DNA from: Octopus sinensis
Taxonomy: Eukaryota
DNA length: 64,000 nt
NCBI RefSeq assembly: GCF_006345805.1
Contig: NC_043003.1
Location: 90,210,001-90,274,000, forward strand
Direction: 5' to 3'
In this document: in pieces, positions 51,777 through 64,000 of the stretch
Numbering within the stretch: the stretch's first letter is position 1
Layout: the number at the start of each line of letters is the position of its first letter
Translations under genes and position numbers: made by a program
Notes under the pieces: model-generated
Database searches by the model: none
What the model was told of the DNA's origin: nothing
Seen by the model: only the letters and a program-made list of their open reading frames with translations

Positions 51777-51869
51777 GTTTATTTCAGTAACAAAGGAGAC
51801 TTTGAAACCACTTCTATATTTCCTAATCAGTGGGTTACTAAGAACCTCAACAGAAAAACTTCTAAATTG
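51777..51869 (+). CDS. Third exon of gene B (VYFSNKGDFETTSIFP...KTSKL), paralogous to 6931-7053
   Basis: TTTTCCAG acceptor, GTTTGT donor as in gene A, 93 nt, phase 0/0; KxDF and SxFP align with the gene A exon. Confidence 0.68.
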
Positions 51870-51989
51870 GTTTGTATTACTTTTTATGTGTCTTATTTCC
51901 ATTATGGATAGATTCAAGGTGTTGCCAGTATTTTTGAATGTCTGTGTATATTCATGTGTATGTGTGTATGAGTGTTTGTGTATGTTGTT

Positions 51990-52265
51990 TTATCCTCCTC
52001 CTCACCCTCCTCCTCCTCTCTTTCTCCTCCTCTTTCTCCTCCTCTCTTTCTCCTCCTCCTCTTTCTCCTCCTCCTCTTTCTCCTCCTCCTCTTTCTCCGC
52101 CTCTCTTTCTCCTCCTCCTCTTTCTCCTCCTCTCTTTCCCCCTCCTCTTCCTCCTCCTCTTCCTCCTCCTCCTCCTCCTCCTCACCACCACCACCACCGC
52201 CACTACTGCCGCCGCCACTACCGCCACCGCTGCTGCTACCACCACCACCACCACCACCATCATCA
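51990..52265. repeat. (CCT/CTT/CCA) polypyrimidine microsatellite
   Basis: Directly visible. Confidence 0.9.
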
Positions 52266-52679
52266 TTACTTAAAGATCGTTTTCCATGCTAGCATGGGTT
52301 GGATGGTTTGACAAGATCTGATGGGTTCTGTCTGAAGAATCTGAGGGTCTAGAATATGGGAGGAGGGAAGGAGGGAGAGACGATTGGGTTCTTGTAGGAG
52401 AGAAACATTTTTACTCACTTTTTTTGAGAGAGAGTGAGAATGAACAGTAGGAGCTACAAGCCCAAGGATCTCCTCAAGGTAAAGCCATCTTCCCTTGGAA
52501 TTGTAAAACAAATTTATAAAACTTGTCATTTTAATCAACTATTTGATCAGCTTCTAATAAAAAAAAGACTAAAAGTATTATCTCATTGTAGAGAAATTGA
52601 TTGTAAGTATCAATTGCACACGTGATTCCTGATAGTGCAGCACTATGTCGTAGAATAGTCTATTAACTAGAAGGATTAA

Positions 52680-53330
52680 TGGAGAATCTTGCATCTCACA
52701 ATATAAAAACATTTCTCATGGCACCAGCAGACAAAATGGAAAAGGCATTGTGAAGGAGATGCACTGGAACAGTCACTCTGACTCACAGGGCTTGCACATG
52801 TGGACAACAATCTCCACCCCTGATACGGGTGGGCAGGGATATGGTCTGGGGCGAAGAATGCTGGAGGTTTCAGCTGCCACAGGCTTGACCATAAACCTGT
52901 CAGAGAACGACTGATGCCTTGACAGTTTACTTTTCTGATGAGCAGCAGAGGCTGGGCTGGTAACTGACAATACCAAGTTACTGCTGAAGAAGATGTCACA
53001 GGATGTGGCATCCCAGATAAGGAGCCTACTACCTTGGAACAGGAACACTGTCATGCCGCCTGGCCTTTTACAGTCCCCTTGGTCTAGCCTTGCTGGCTTG
53101 AGCTGGGAAGGGAAGCCTGTGACATCTAGGCCATGCTTTATGAGCTTGTTAAGGGCAGCATGGCATGGACAACATGGCAGTGGGTGGAGGCCAAAAGAAT
53201 CCACAGTGGATCCACAGCAGTATTCATGAGGCTCACAGATCTGGAGACCAAGCCTCAGGGAAATGTCGATGCACAGGTAGTCACTATCAAGCTGAGTGCC
53301 AGTTGTGAGGAGGTGAGTAGAAGTGTGCTG
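52680..53330 (-). mobile_element. CRE-like non-LTR element C-terminus (restriction-like endonuclease)
   Basis: DSFGLHPLPCC..HAALNKLIK...RLDQGDCKRPGGMT...LLIWDATSCD. Confidence 0.7.
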
Positions 53331-53669
53331 GGACAGAGGAACTAGTGTGAATGGATGAGAGTTTGCAAAAGTGTTTAGGGAAGCAAGAGATGGGTGGCAG
53401 GATGGAAGATAGGTGACAAGTTTAAAAATTGACTTGGATTGAAGGGTGGATGTAGGGAGTGTTTAGTGACTAGTGATAAATGGGTTGGAGATGGTAGGAG
53501 AGAGTGGGGGAGAATAGTAGGATAGTAATGATGATACGGTTAAAAGGGGGAGGACAGAAGAAAGATGACAGTGGAATAATGAGACAGTTTACAGGAAGGA
53601 CAAGAGACAAAGTGAAGTAAGGACTCCTTCAAAATGAACTGTTATAATAATCCTTTCTATTATAGACAC

Positions 53670-53862
53670 AAAGCCTGAAATATTGGGTGAAGGGGCTAAT
53701 CAATTACATTGGCCCTTGTGCTCAACTGCTATTTATTCTATTGACTCTGAAAGGATGAAAGGCAAAGTTGACCTTGTTGGAATTTGAGCTCAGAATGATA
53801 GATGAGATGCCACTAAGCATTTTGTCAGATATGCTAACAATTCTGCCAGCTCACTGCCTTTA
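53670..53862 (-). mobile_element. tRNA-derived SINE
   Basis: Homologous to 46445-46672. Confidence 0.75.
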
Positions 53863-54194
53863 AAAAAGACCAACTGTTATAATAATAATGAGCTTATGGT
53901 ATACGGTACTTAGATCCACTATAGCTCATTGGAAAAGGTCAAAATAGGGGACAGAAAATAGCAGTAAGTCAAGTAAAGAAAAACAGCTATGAAAGCTAGA
54001 TGCACATCCATAGTATACAGGATAAAACACAGACAGGAAAAATAGACATTAAAAGAGCCATAAAGAGGGACAGTTGTATAGGTACATCAGGAATAGTGTT
54101 GATGAATTTCAGGAAGCATGGAAGTTTTGAAGGATATATTTCTGCCTCTGTCATGTTGTATATATAGTATAGTATATAAGGGTTACCTCTAACG

Positions 54195-54420
54195 TACTAA
54201 ATGCATATATTAGTTTGTAATACTAACTTCAGGAAACCTTCCAGTCACCTATTCACATACCGATCTGGTGGACACACTAGGCAAATTGATTACATCCTCA
54301 CCAGGAAACAGGAAAGATGGCTACTAATAAATGCCAAGATGTTCCTAAGTGGAGAATGCACTCCACAATATAGATTAGTAGTTACAACTTCAGGATCAGG
54401 GCTAAGTGGATACCCAGAAG
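54195..54420 (+). mobile_element. RTE APE fragment
   Basis: CNTNFRKPSSHLFTYRSGGHTRQIDYILTR. Confidence 0.8.
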
Positions 54421-54794
54421 ACGACCAGCATGGAGAAGAAGAAGATGATGATGATGTAAAACACAACAATTTATATTATACAAAACTTTTAATCCTTCAC
54501 AAAACATTTCATATTTAAATTCTTTTACAATTCTGTGATAAGTTATCACTGATGTTAATGTCTGTTCATAAAAAAATTCACTCTGTCCAGCAGTGATAAT
54601 ATTTAAGTTAATGATAACCAAAATTGAAGTTAACAATTATGAAATCAAGATTGAAAACAACTTAATCAAATCCAACAAGAACAAAATTTAGACTGATGTT
54701 GACAAGAGTGAAGCTGATAATATCGAATATGGGTGGGGAAACCCTGTAATAATAATGACCTTATTGTAAATAATGCTCAGGTGCACTGCAACAA

Positions 54795-54862
<68 letters not shown>

Positions 54863-55174
54863 ATGCGTGTATATGCGTCTGCATGTGCATGTGTGTATGG
54901 ACTGTATTAAATGTCATCATTGTCATCATCATCATCTTCATCATCTTCCTCTTCATCATCATCATTAGGAAGTAACATCTGTTTTCATACAGGCATGGGT
55001 TGGATGGTTTTGAAGATGGCTTACAAAGAGATTGTTCTACATTTCCTAATCTATTCTCTGAACTAAATTTTGATCATCTGAGGAAAACAGTGTTTTTATG
55101 ATGCAGTCATTGTAATCAAGCTATTCATCATTAAAGAAAGCATTTGAGACAGCTGCAGTAGAACTTTAAACCAA

Positions 55175-55900
55175 TTTGTGTTCATCATCATTGTCATTTA
55201 GTGTCTGTTTTCCATGCTGGCATGGGTTAGATGGTTTGACTGAAACTAGTAAGCTGGAAAGCTGCACTAAGTTCCAATCTGATTTGGCATGGTTTCTATG
55301 GCTGGATGCCCTTCCTAATGCCAACCACTCCAAGAGTGTAATAGGTACCTTTTATGTGCCACTGGCACAGGTGCCAATCATGTGAAACCAGCATTGGCCA
55401 CAACTATGCTTTCACTTGGCTTGATGAATCTTCTCAAACAAGGTGTATCACCAAAGGTCTCGGTCACTTATCATTGCTTCCATGAGGCCCCACATTCGAA
55501 GGGTGCTTTTTATGGGTACCTACTATGTGACACTGGCATTGGCTGTGATTACAGTTCTATTTGGCTTGACAAGTCTTCTCAAGTATGGCATATCACCAAA
55601 GTTCTTGGTCACTAGTCTGTGCCTCTGTGAGGCCCAACATTTGAAGATCATGCTTAACTACCTTGTCCCATATCATTCTGTGTCTACCTCTCCCACAGAT
55701 TCCCTCCACATTTAGAGACTGGTACTTTCTTACACAGCTGTCCTTATCCATATGCATCACATGCCCATACCAGTGCAGTTGTCTCTCTTGCACACCACAT
55801 CTGATACCTCTTATGCTTAGTTTTTCTCTCAAGATGCTTAGACTCTGTTGTACATGCACACACTGACATTGCACATCCAGTGAAGTATACAAACTTCAAT
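55175..55900 (-). mobile_element. RTE 3' end (RT C-terminus plus tail)
   Basis: LREKLSIRGIRCGVQERQLHWYGHV; tail. Confidence 0.85.
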
Positions 55901-55927
55901 ACTTGGCAATGACAGGATACTGAGCTA

Positions 55928-55970
<43 letters not shown>

Positions 55971-56009
55971 TACACATATATACACATATATACGCATATA
56001 TACATATAT

Positions 56010-56800
56010 ACAAGGTGCAGTGAATAAACTGTCATTTAAATTATGCAAAAATGAAAATAATACTAACATCTCATTTTAACAGATATATTTACCAAAATTA
56101 CATAAAAATGTCTTGAAATACTAAAGAGTAAATTTATTCAATAAAATCACCATTGGCTTCAACCTTGGCCTCCGGACGACTTCTGAATCTACTCCAACTT
56201 TTCAGGAGGGTCTCCTTATTTAAGTTGGTGAATGCTGCTATAATTCTTGCCTTTAGTTCCTCTTTGGTGTTACAAGGAACTTTGTTGATCTCTCGCTCAA
56301 CTGCATTCCACACATAATAATCAAATGGGTTGCAGTCTGTGGAGTTAGGTGGCCAGATGTTAAGGGTGATGTGGTTGCAGAAATTGTTTGACAGCCATGA
56401 CTTGGTTCTCCTGCTTGTATAGCATGGTGTAAAGTCTTGTTGTTAGACAGGGTCTTCCAGTAGCCACCCTCTGGACCCAGGTCAGCACTACCTTCTTCAG
56501 GCACTTGAAGTAGGCCTCCATGTTAAATTTGAGGTCATGTGGGAAAATGAACTGAGGCATAACATCACCATCACTAGTGATCACTCCAAACACCATGATG
56601 TTGACTGGATGTTTGATTTTATCACTCTCGGTACATGTCCTCATATAGCACTGTCCTCAGATTGTCACCCAAACACTCTGCAATGTTCATACTGGAGCTT
56701 CTGGCATGAATGCCAAGCAGTACATCATGTCGTTTCCAAATTTCTGGCAGAGTGAATTGCATCATGGTGCTGTTTTTCTCACAGATGGTACCCATCTGAC
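56010..56800 (-). mobile_element. maT/DD37D-like transposon 3' half
   Basis: KHPVNIMVFGVITSDGDVMP; WPPNSTDCNPFDYYVW; TA|CAAGGTG terminus at ~56010. Confidence 0.8.
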
Positions 56801-56936
56801 CCTACGATACTGTGTTGTTGACAAAATCAAAAACAAACAATGTGCATGCACAAAATAAAAAATATAATATGGCAACAATTTACCTTGGATATGTATGTGT
56901 GTGTGTGTATATATATATACACACACACACACACTC

Positions 56937-56968
<32 letters not shown>

Positions 56969-56971
<3 letters not shown>

Positions 56972-57519
56972 AAAATAAGGGCAAAAGAAAAATTCTAATG
57001 TCAAATATGCCGAAAAGACAAAATTGTCATTAACCATTATAATTTTTTGCGTCTTGAAACAAGCCGATAGAAATTTCTAAAAAATCTGTTATTACCGTAT
57101 TGGTCCCAATTTCGGGGTTAATTCATAAGAATTTTCCCTTCTTCAGCGACAAATACGTGAGATATAAGTGAAATACTTACTCATACCCATGGAAAAAGCA
57201 AGCACTAAGTCCTGGGCAGACTTAAGTACCCCAAATATATCCAAAATAGAAAATCTTCGGCACATCTCGAGACACGTGTGATTCGAACTAGAAACTTTCA
57301 GAGTGAGAGAATTCGGAAGTGAACACTATTAAATTTATAACTAATGTGGGATAAAATTTTTTTCAGGAAAAAAATTTTATCAATGGCCAGCATATCAAAA
57401 AAATACCTTTAAAGGTTAAATTTATAAATAATTTACAAAAATAAGGGCAAAAGAAAAATACTAATGCCAAATATACCGAAAAAACAAAATTGTCATTAAC
57501 CATTATAATTTTTTGCGTC
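56969..57519 (-). mobile_element. 466-bp unit plus 85-bp direct repeat enclosing a hammerhead (retrozyme/PLE-pLTR-like)
   Basis: 56969-57053 repeated at 57435-57519. Confidence 0.6.
57092..57152 (-). ncRNA. Type I hammerhead ribozyme (predicted)
   Basis: TTGTCG-CTGAAGA-A-GGG(AA)AATTC-TTAT-GAATT(AAC)CCC-GAA-ATTGG-GA-CCAAT-A-CGGTAA: complete core and three stems. Confidence 0.75.
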
Positions 57520-58737
57520 ATAGTTTTAAAATATGGACAATCTGAATCTGTAATTTGTTTCTGTTTTAATTTCAAAACAACTTTGAGATAAAAAGGTGTG
57601 TGATTTAAGGGAGATATAGCTGTTGCTTCTAGTACTTCCCACGACCACCTGGTACCTTCCTTGTTACTTTGTCACATGTAATGATGTTTTTTAAATATTT
57701 TTCTCCAAATAAGCACATTTTATGGAATGATGATGCAGTGATCCATTGTTGATATTTAAGCAACAAAAAATATTTTGTAATTTAAATTTTTAACCTCCCA
57801 CTCCTCACTAAGCAAGTCTGTGTGCATGAATGTGTGTGTGTGTATGTGTATGTGCGTGCGTGTGCATGTGTATTCATGTGTGTGTATGTGTGCAAGTGTG
57901 CATGTGTGTATGTGTAAGAAAAATCCTTTAATACTAGAAAAATATGCTATTAAAATAAATTATCTTTTACATACCGTTTTTAAATTACTGTCACCCTAAT
58001 GAAATTCTTTACACACATGCATACCCATACACTGACACACACACACACTCAGCATAAGCGGTGTACTTTTACAGAGAGTGAGAGAGAATGTGGTAAATAT
58101 ATATATAGAGAAGGGAAAAGTTTACCATGAGAAAAGCGAAAAATGAAAAACATTGACAAATAGAGTGATCTTTTCCGTTGCTGTTAGAGAGTTTGAAATT
58201 TTAAAATTAAGTGAAAATATTCAAATTTCGTATATTGCTGTACATTTTCATGTCAAATCCAAGTTAGTGATTCATTTATTCCCGAAAAATTTCAGGAAAG
58301 TATAACTGAGGGTTAAGGTTTGTTAATTTTCACTCAATCAGAAAACAGGATGTGTACATGATAGCTATGATGAAAATGAAAGTAAATATTAAAAGACAAG
58401 GTTTTATACAAAATGAAAACAATGCATGAGAGATAGACAGAGAGAGAGGAGAGAGAGAGAGAGAGTGAGTGAGAATGAGAAAGAGAGTGAGAGAGAGAGA
58501 AAATAATAAAGAATGTGGTAAATAATAGAGAGATACACTGATTGTAGCAGATAGAAAATAGGAGACTTGTAGATGTAAAAGTTGAGTTATTTCTCTTAGC
58601 AAAATATATATTATTATTTATGGACGACATTCTCTTTGGGACACAAATTTCAGAAATCAAATTTGATTTTCTCAAAGACACATCATTTCAGAGTCTTTTG
58701 TGGTTAAACAGATACTTGCATTTATTATAGCATGCAC

Positions 58738-58744
<7 letters not shown>

Positions 58745-58786
<42 letters not shown>

Positions 58787-60374
58787 TGAGAATGGGTGTC
58801 TGTCTGTCTGTCTGTGTGTTTCCCTAAAACTTGAGAACTACACAACCAATTTCATTCAAATTTTACACATGCCTTACTTAGGGTCCATGTAGTTTCATGG
58901 GCAAAAAAAATGTTCAACTTCTTGCCTAGGGCGAGCCCATAGCAATATCATATCTTCTCCACTATTTCAGTATTATGTGTTAAAAGTGAAACAAAAACAT
59001 TTCTCTATTTTATGTCAGATACTTTCACTTTAACAATAAAAATTAGAGATAATAATAACAATTGAATTATATGTAGTAAATAATAATTAAAATCAAACTA
59101 AAGTATAATATAATCGCAACATAACAAAAGTAAAAATAGCAATTGGTATAAAATTGCATCAGTGACTTGAACTTGAATAAGTGGTTTCACATGAATGGGA
59201 ATAAATTACAAATACAATTAGCGTGCAGAAATGGAATAGTCCAGATGGAGGTGTGCACATACCGTCTACCATGGCTTTTACATTAGATTATCTGCTAATT
59301 AGCAAGCATTAAGTATCTATATGAAGTTTGGCTGTATGTAATGTATGTTTTCTCGAACAGCCGCTTCTATTGAGTACTGCTTTTGGTTTATTTCTTATAC
59401 ATAAAGGACTATAGCTTCAACTGTATACTGCTTTTTGATTCACCGTAGGGTTTGTTGTTATTATTATTACTGTTTAACTATTGTTATCATGTTTGTTGGT
59501 TCCTCGTAAGGGAAACGTTGCTGTGTTGCATTTGTTAAATAATTGTAAACTGTAACCCTCTCCCTTTGGGAGAAGGAGCTTTGGTTATTGTTTAAAAATT
59601 GAATTGTGTCCCTGTTTGGGGAAATTGACAATATTTTCACCGTTTACATGGAAGCATTTTTGTTAGAATGCCTTCGATAGAAGAAAGTCCAAAAATGAAT
59701 TTCGCTGCAGCCACCGGCGGGTGCGAACTCATTAAAATTAAAATGGAAGAAATACAAACCTATTTCGGATTGATCACTGACAAAGACGGTGAATCTAGGA
59801 TAACACCACCAAATGAAATAAAAAATTAAATTAAAGAAAGGACTATTGTCCATAAAGTATTTAATGTAGAGAAAAAAGACGATTTGAACACATGGAGGAA
59901 AGCACCATCGAAAAGTGTCTTGGTGCAACTATGAAAGATATCTAACCAGAGGTGGTAAATTCGCCACAATAGAAGCAAGGTTCGAGTCAATGGAGCATGC
60001 AAGGGAGTACTCGACTCAAACCTTGCAAAGTGGAAATATTTTATTTTCACCTTTATATCTGGGACGTAGGACGTCCTGGATAAAAATTGAAAATGTCCCC
60101 CCAGAAATAGAGGTAGGCTGAATTGTAGCCACACTTCTATACAAGATGGAGGACAAGATACAATTGATCGAAACTGCAAGAGACGGGCCTACAATTCCAG
60201 TCTGTTATATATTTTGAGTATTGTTATCACTAGCGATATCAAGATATAACTTTGTATTTTGTATTTTATGTGTAGATATATATATATAGATGTACATATA
60301 ATATGTACACATATATATACACATATATACATGCACTAGCACTATGACCCGGCAACGACGGGTCATAATGCTAG
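58745..60374 (+). mobile_element. Non-autonomous Helitron, second copy
   Basis: Colinear with 14909-16620, identical 3' hairpin and CTAG|T; 5' start hidden in (TA)n. Confidence 0.88.
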
Positions 60375-60499
60375 TATATATATAAATGTATATATATGTA
60401 TGTATGTATATAACACCAACAGGGCTCTTCCTCGCTTCTGTAACAGAAGACTTGCATACTTCTGTCTCTCCAACCCACCTACCTCTTTCTGTCTATACA

Positions 60500-63365
60500 T
60501 AATGGACTAACCAATAGCAGCAAGAGATAAGGTGGAGAGGAACTTCAGCCAAGTTCCTCACAGGCAAGGCATAGGTGTAACATCTTCTGGGAAGGTAACA
60601 GTGACAGGGTAGGTGACGTGGGCATACTTCTTGCAGAGAAAAGAGGTAGTCAGAATAGGTGATAGTGTGCTTAAAATTAGGTTAGTCTTACAGAACAGTA
60701 TTGTGACAATTATCTCCGCCTATGCCCCTCAAGCGAGCCTACCAAATGAACAGAAGGACCACTTTTATAACATTCTTCTGCAGGTTAACTCAAAGATGAG
60801 TGACAATTATCTCTTCGTTGCTGCGGATTTCAATGGGCATGTCAGATGGCAGCTTGGTATCTTGCATGGTGTGCATGGGTGCCATGGATTTGGCTCCCAA
60901 AACGAAGAGGGAATAAGGCTACTGGAGTTCTGTAATGCAAATAACCTTTTGATCTGCAGCACAAACTTCAGGAAGCCAGCCAGCCACTGATAACCTACCA
61001 ATCAGGTGTCTGTGCTAGCCAGATCGATTACATTCTCACCAAACAGTATGATGCTCCTAAATACAAAGACTCTATCTGGTGAAGAATGTACCTCCCAGCA
61101 TAAACTAGTCATTAGTGACTTACTCCACACCAGAAGGATGTCAAGAGTTAAACCAATCTGGAAAAGAAGGATTTGGAAGCTTAAGGACCCTTCGTATAGT
61201 CAGAAATTTAGGGATATCCTAACTGAGAAATTCAATGAAAGGGAAGAGGAGTTACAGACTTGTTACATAGAGGACAACTGGGAATTCCTGAGTGACAGCT
61301 TGCTGAGTGCCACTGACAAAATCTGTGGCTGGTGCAAAATCCCATCCATATCTAGGGTAACATGGTGGTGGAATGATGTGGTAGACAGGGCAATTAGAGC
61401 AAAGAAACAGGCCTGGATGAATGGGGGTATCAAGATACTGTATCAGATAGCCAGAAGGGATGCTAAGAGACAAGTATATCTAGCCAAGGAAGAAGCAGAA
61501 AAGATGTTTGCCTATGTTCAGTGACGTGAGGACCAAAGATTGTTTCAGATTGCAAGACAGTGTGTGAGAGAAAATTGTAATGTCATAGGAGAGAAATGTG
61601 TCTGTACGGATGATGGTGCACTTGCATGTAATGGTTCTGCCAAGAAAGAGGCTTGGAATTGCCATTATGAAAGACTGCTGAATATAGAGAATGAGTGGGA
61701 GGAGGAGAGTCTGCCAAAGGTTGACCCAATTGAGGGACTGGCAACCCAAATGAACAGTTCTATGGTAGATAAAGCAATTAAGGATATGAAGACAGGAAAA
61801 GCACCCCCAGCTCGTCAGGAATCATCACTGAGATGCTTAGAATATCTGGTGGTATGGGTTATAGTTTAGTCACTCGTATTGTAAACCAGGTGGTTTATGA
61901 AGGAGTCATACCCAATGACTGGTGTAGCAGCACCAGAGTCAACTGCTACAAAGGTAAAGGTGATGCCTTAGATAAAAATAGTTACTGAGGTATCAAATTG
62001 CTGGATCAGGTGATGAAAGTTATGGAGTGAGTCATAGCCCAACTAATTAGGGATAGAATTAGCTAAGATGAGATTCAGTTAGGTTTTGTGCCAGGGAGAA
62101 GCACTACTGATGCTATATTTCTGGTGAGGCAACTGCAGGAGAAATACATAGCCAATATAAACCTCTGTATTTGGCCTTTGTTGACTTGGAGAAAGCTTTT
62201 GACAGGGTTCCCTGATCCCTTATCTGGTGGTCAATGTGGAAACTAGGGTGTGGTTGGTGAAAGCTGTATGAGCTATGTATAGTGATGCTACCAGTAAGGC
62301 GAGGGTTGGCAAGGAATACAACGAATAATTCAGGGTACAAGTAGGGATTCACCAAGGATTGGTGCTCAGCCCCCTTTTTTTTATTGTAGTCCTCCAGGCA
62401 ATAACAGAGGAATTCAAGACAGGCTACCCCTGGGAGCTCTTCTAAGTTGATGACCTTGCTCTTATAGCTGAATCATTACCTGAACTGGAGAAGTTCCAGA
62501 TATTGAAGTAAGGTCTAGAATCAAAGTATTTTAGAGTTAACCTAGCAAAAACCAAAGTCTTAATATATAGGATGACAGACAAATCACAAATCCCTTCAGG
62601 TAGATGGCCCTGCTCAAGTTGTAGAAAAGGTGTAGGTAGAAACTCCATAAGCTGCACTCACAAAAGGTGCAACAATATTAGAGGAATGTTAACAGGGAAA
62701 CTAGCTTTTGTATGTGGAAGATGCACAGGTACAATAAATGCTGAAAATGTACAGAAAATAGACTCCATCAACTGCCAGTTAGAGGTAGTAGATAGCTTCC
62801 ATTATCTAGGTGACTAAGTGAGTAGTGGATGTAGATGTTCTGAGAGCATAGCTGTGAGAATAAGATTAGGCTGGGCAAAGTTCAGAGAGCTCCTACCCCT
62901 GCTGACAACAAAGGCCACTCTCTCAAAGTGAATGGCAGATTGTTTGATGCCTTTGTGTGAACAGCTATGCTGCATGGCAGTGAAACATGGGCTGAGACAG
63001 CTGAGGACATGCCTAGGCTTGAAAGAAATTAAGCCAGCATGCTTCACTGGATGTGCAATATCAATGTGCATATTTGACAGAGTGTAAGCATCTTGAGAGA
63101 AAATTTAGGCATGAAAGGCATCAGATTTGGTGTGCAAGAGAGACGACTGTGTTGGTATGGTCATGTGATGCATATGGATGAGGACAGCTGTATAACAAAG
63201 TGCCAATCTCTAAATGTGGAGGGAACTTGAACTTGTAGTAGAGGCAGACCCAGGAAAATATGGGATGAGGTGGTGAAGCATGATCTTCAAACTTCGAGCC
63301 TCACAGAGGCAATGACAAGTGACCGAGACCTTTGGTGATATACTGTGCTTGAGAGGACCCGTCAA
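60500..63365 (+). mobile_element. Long degenerate RTE LINE (APE, RT, Cys-rich insert, RT C-terminus)
   Basis: ISAYAPQ, AADFNGHV, RVTWWWNDVVD, KTGKAP, GRWPCSSCRKGVG. Confidence 0.9.
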
Positions 63366-63374
63366 GCCAAGAGC

Positions 63375-63900
63375 ACTTGTACTGGTGGCCATCATTCATG
63401 CAGACACATTTCTCTCCAATGACATCATGAGTCTCTCTCACACACTATCTTACAACATGAAATACCTCAAGTCTTTGGTCCTCATGACGCAGAACATTGG
63501 CAATTTTTTTCTTATCTGCGTCCCCTCTGGCTAAATAGACCTGTCTCCTAGCTTCCCTTCTGGCAGTCTGATACAATTCCCTGCTACCATCGTTCTTCCA
63601 GTCCTTCCAAGCCTGTTTCTTTACCATAATGGCCCTGTCAACTACATTGTTCCACCACCACGTTACCTTGGGTCGAGAAGGGACTTTGCACCATCCACAG
63701 ATCTGGTCAGTGGCCCTCAACAGGTTGTCCCATAGAAACTTCCAGTTGTCTTCCACATCATGTGATGCTATATCTCCCTCTATTTCATCAAAAGCTTCAA
63801 GTAATACATCTCTAAATCTCTGTCCATTCACAGGCTCCTTGAGCTTCCAGACCCTTCTCCTCCATGCTGGTCATCTTCTGGGCATCCATTGAGCCATGAT
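63375..63900 (-). mobile_element. RTE linker fragment in opposite orientation
   Basis: DNWKFLWDNLLRATDQICGWCKVPSRPKVTWWWNNVVD. Confidence 0.85.
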
Positions 63901-64000
63901 CCTGAAGTTGTTAACTATTAATCTATGTTATGGGGTGCAGTCTTCACCTGTCTCTATATATCTATATATATATATATCTCACTTGTTGACCAAAGAAGAA

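Noticed and set aside
51763-52311. 182-aa ORF
   Set aside because: Wrong frame for the exon at 51777 and extended by a CCT microsatellite

Overview
AT-rich eukaryotic DNA, most likely Octopus: this is inferred from the RTE/SINE/Helitron repeat families and dense microsatellites, not from a database match. Most of the window is decayed mobile DNA (RTE, R4/Dong and CRE-like LINEs, three kinds of Penelope-like elements (PLEs), mariner and maT-like transposons, a Gypsy fragment, piggyBac-like MITEs, tRNA-derived SINEs and non-autonomous Helitrons). Hidden in it are two tandem, same-strand paralogs of a UPF0489/C5orf22-like gene. Gene A contributes its last two exons (6931-7053, 17094-18203). Gene B contributes its first three exons (39543-39858, 47957-48018, 51777-51869), which encode a membrane anchor, a PVVP-repeat stalk and an eroded metal-binding motif. 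Most notable: an apparently intact type I hammerhead ribozyme inside a 466-bp partial tandem unit (retrozyme-like, 57092-57152, minus strand) plus several variant hammerheads; a six-unit head-to-tail Helitron array (22293-25385); and a Helitron family carrying a probable LINE ORF1 fragment. Family assignments come from motifs recognised by eye, and repeat boundaries are approximate unless termini are quoted.
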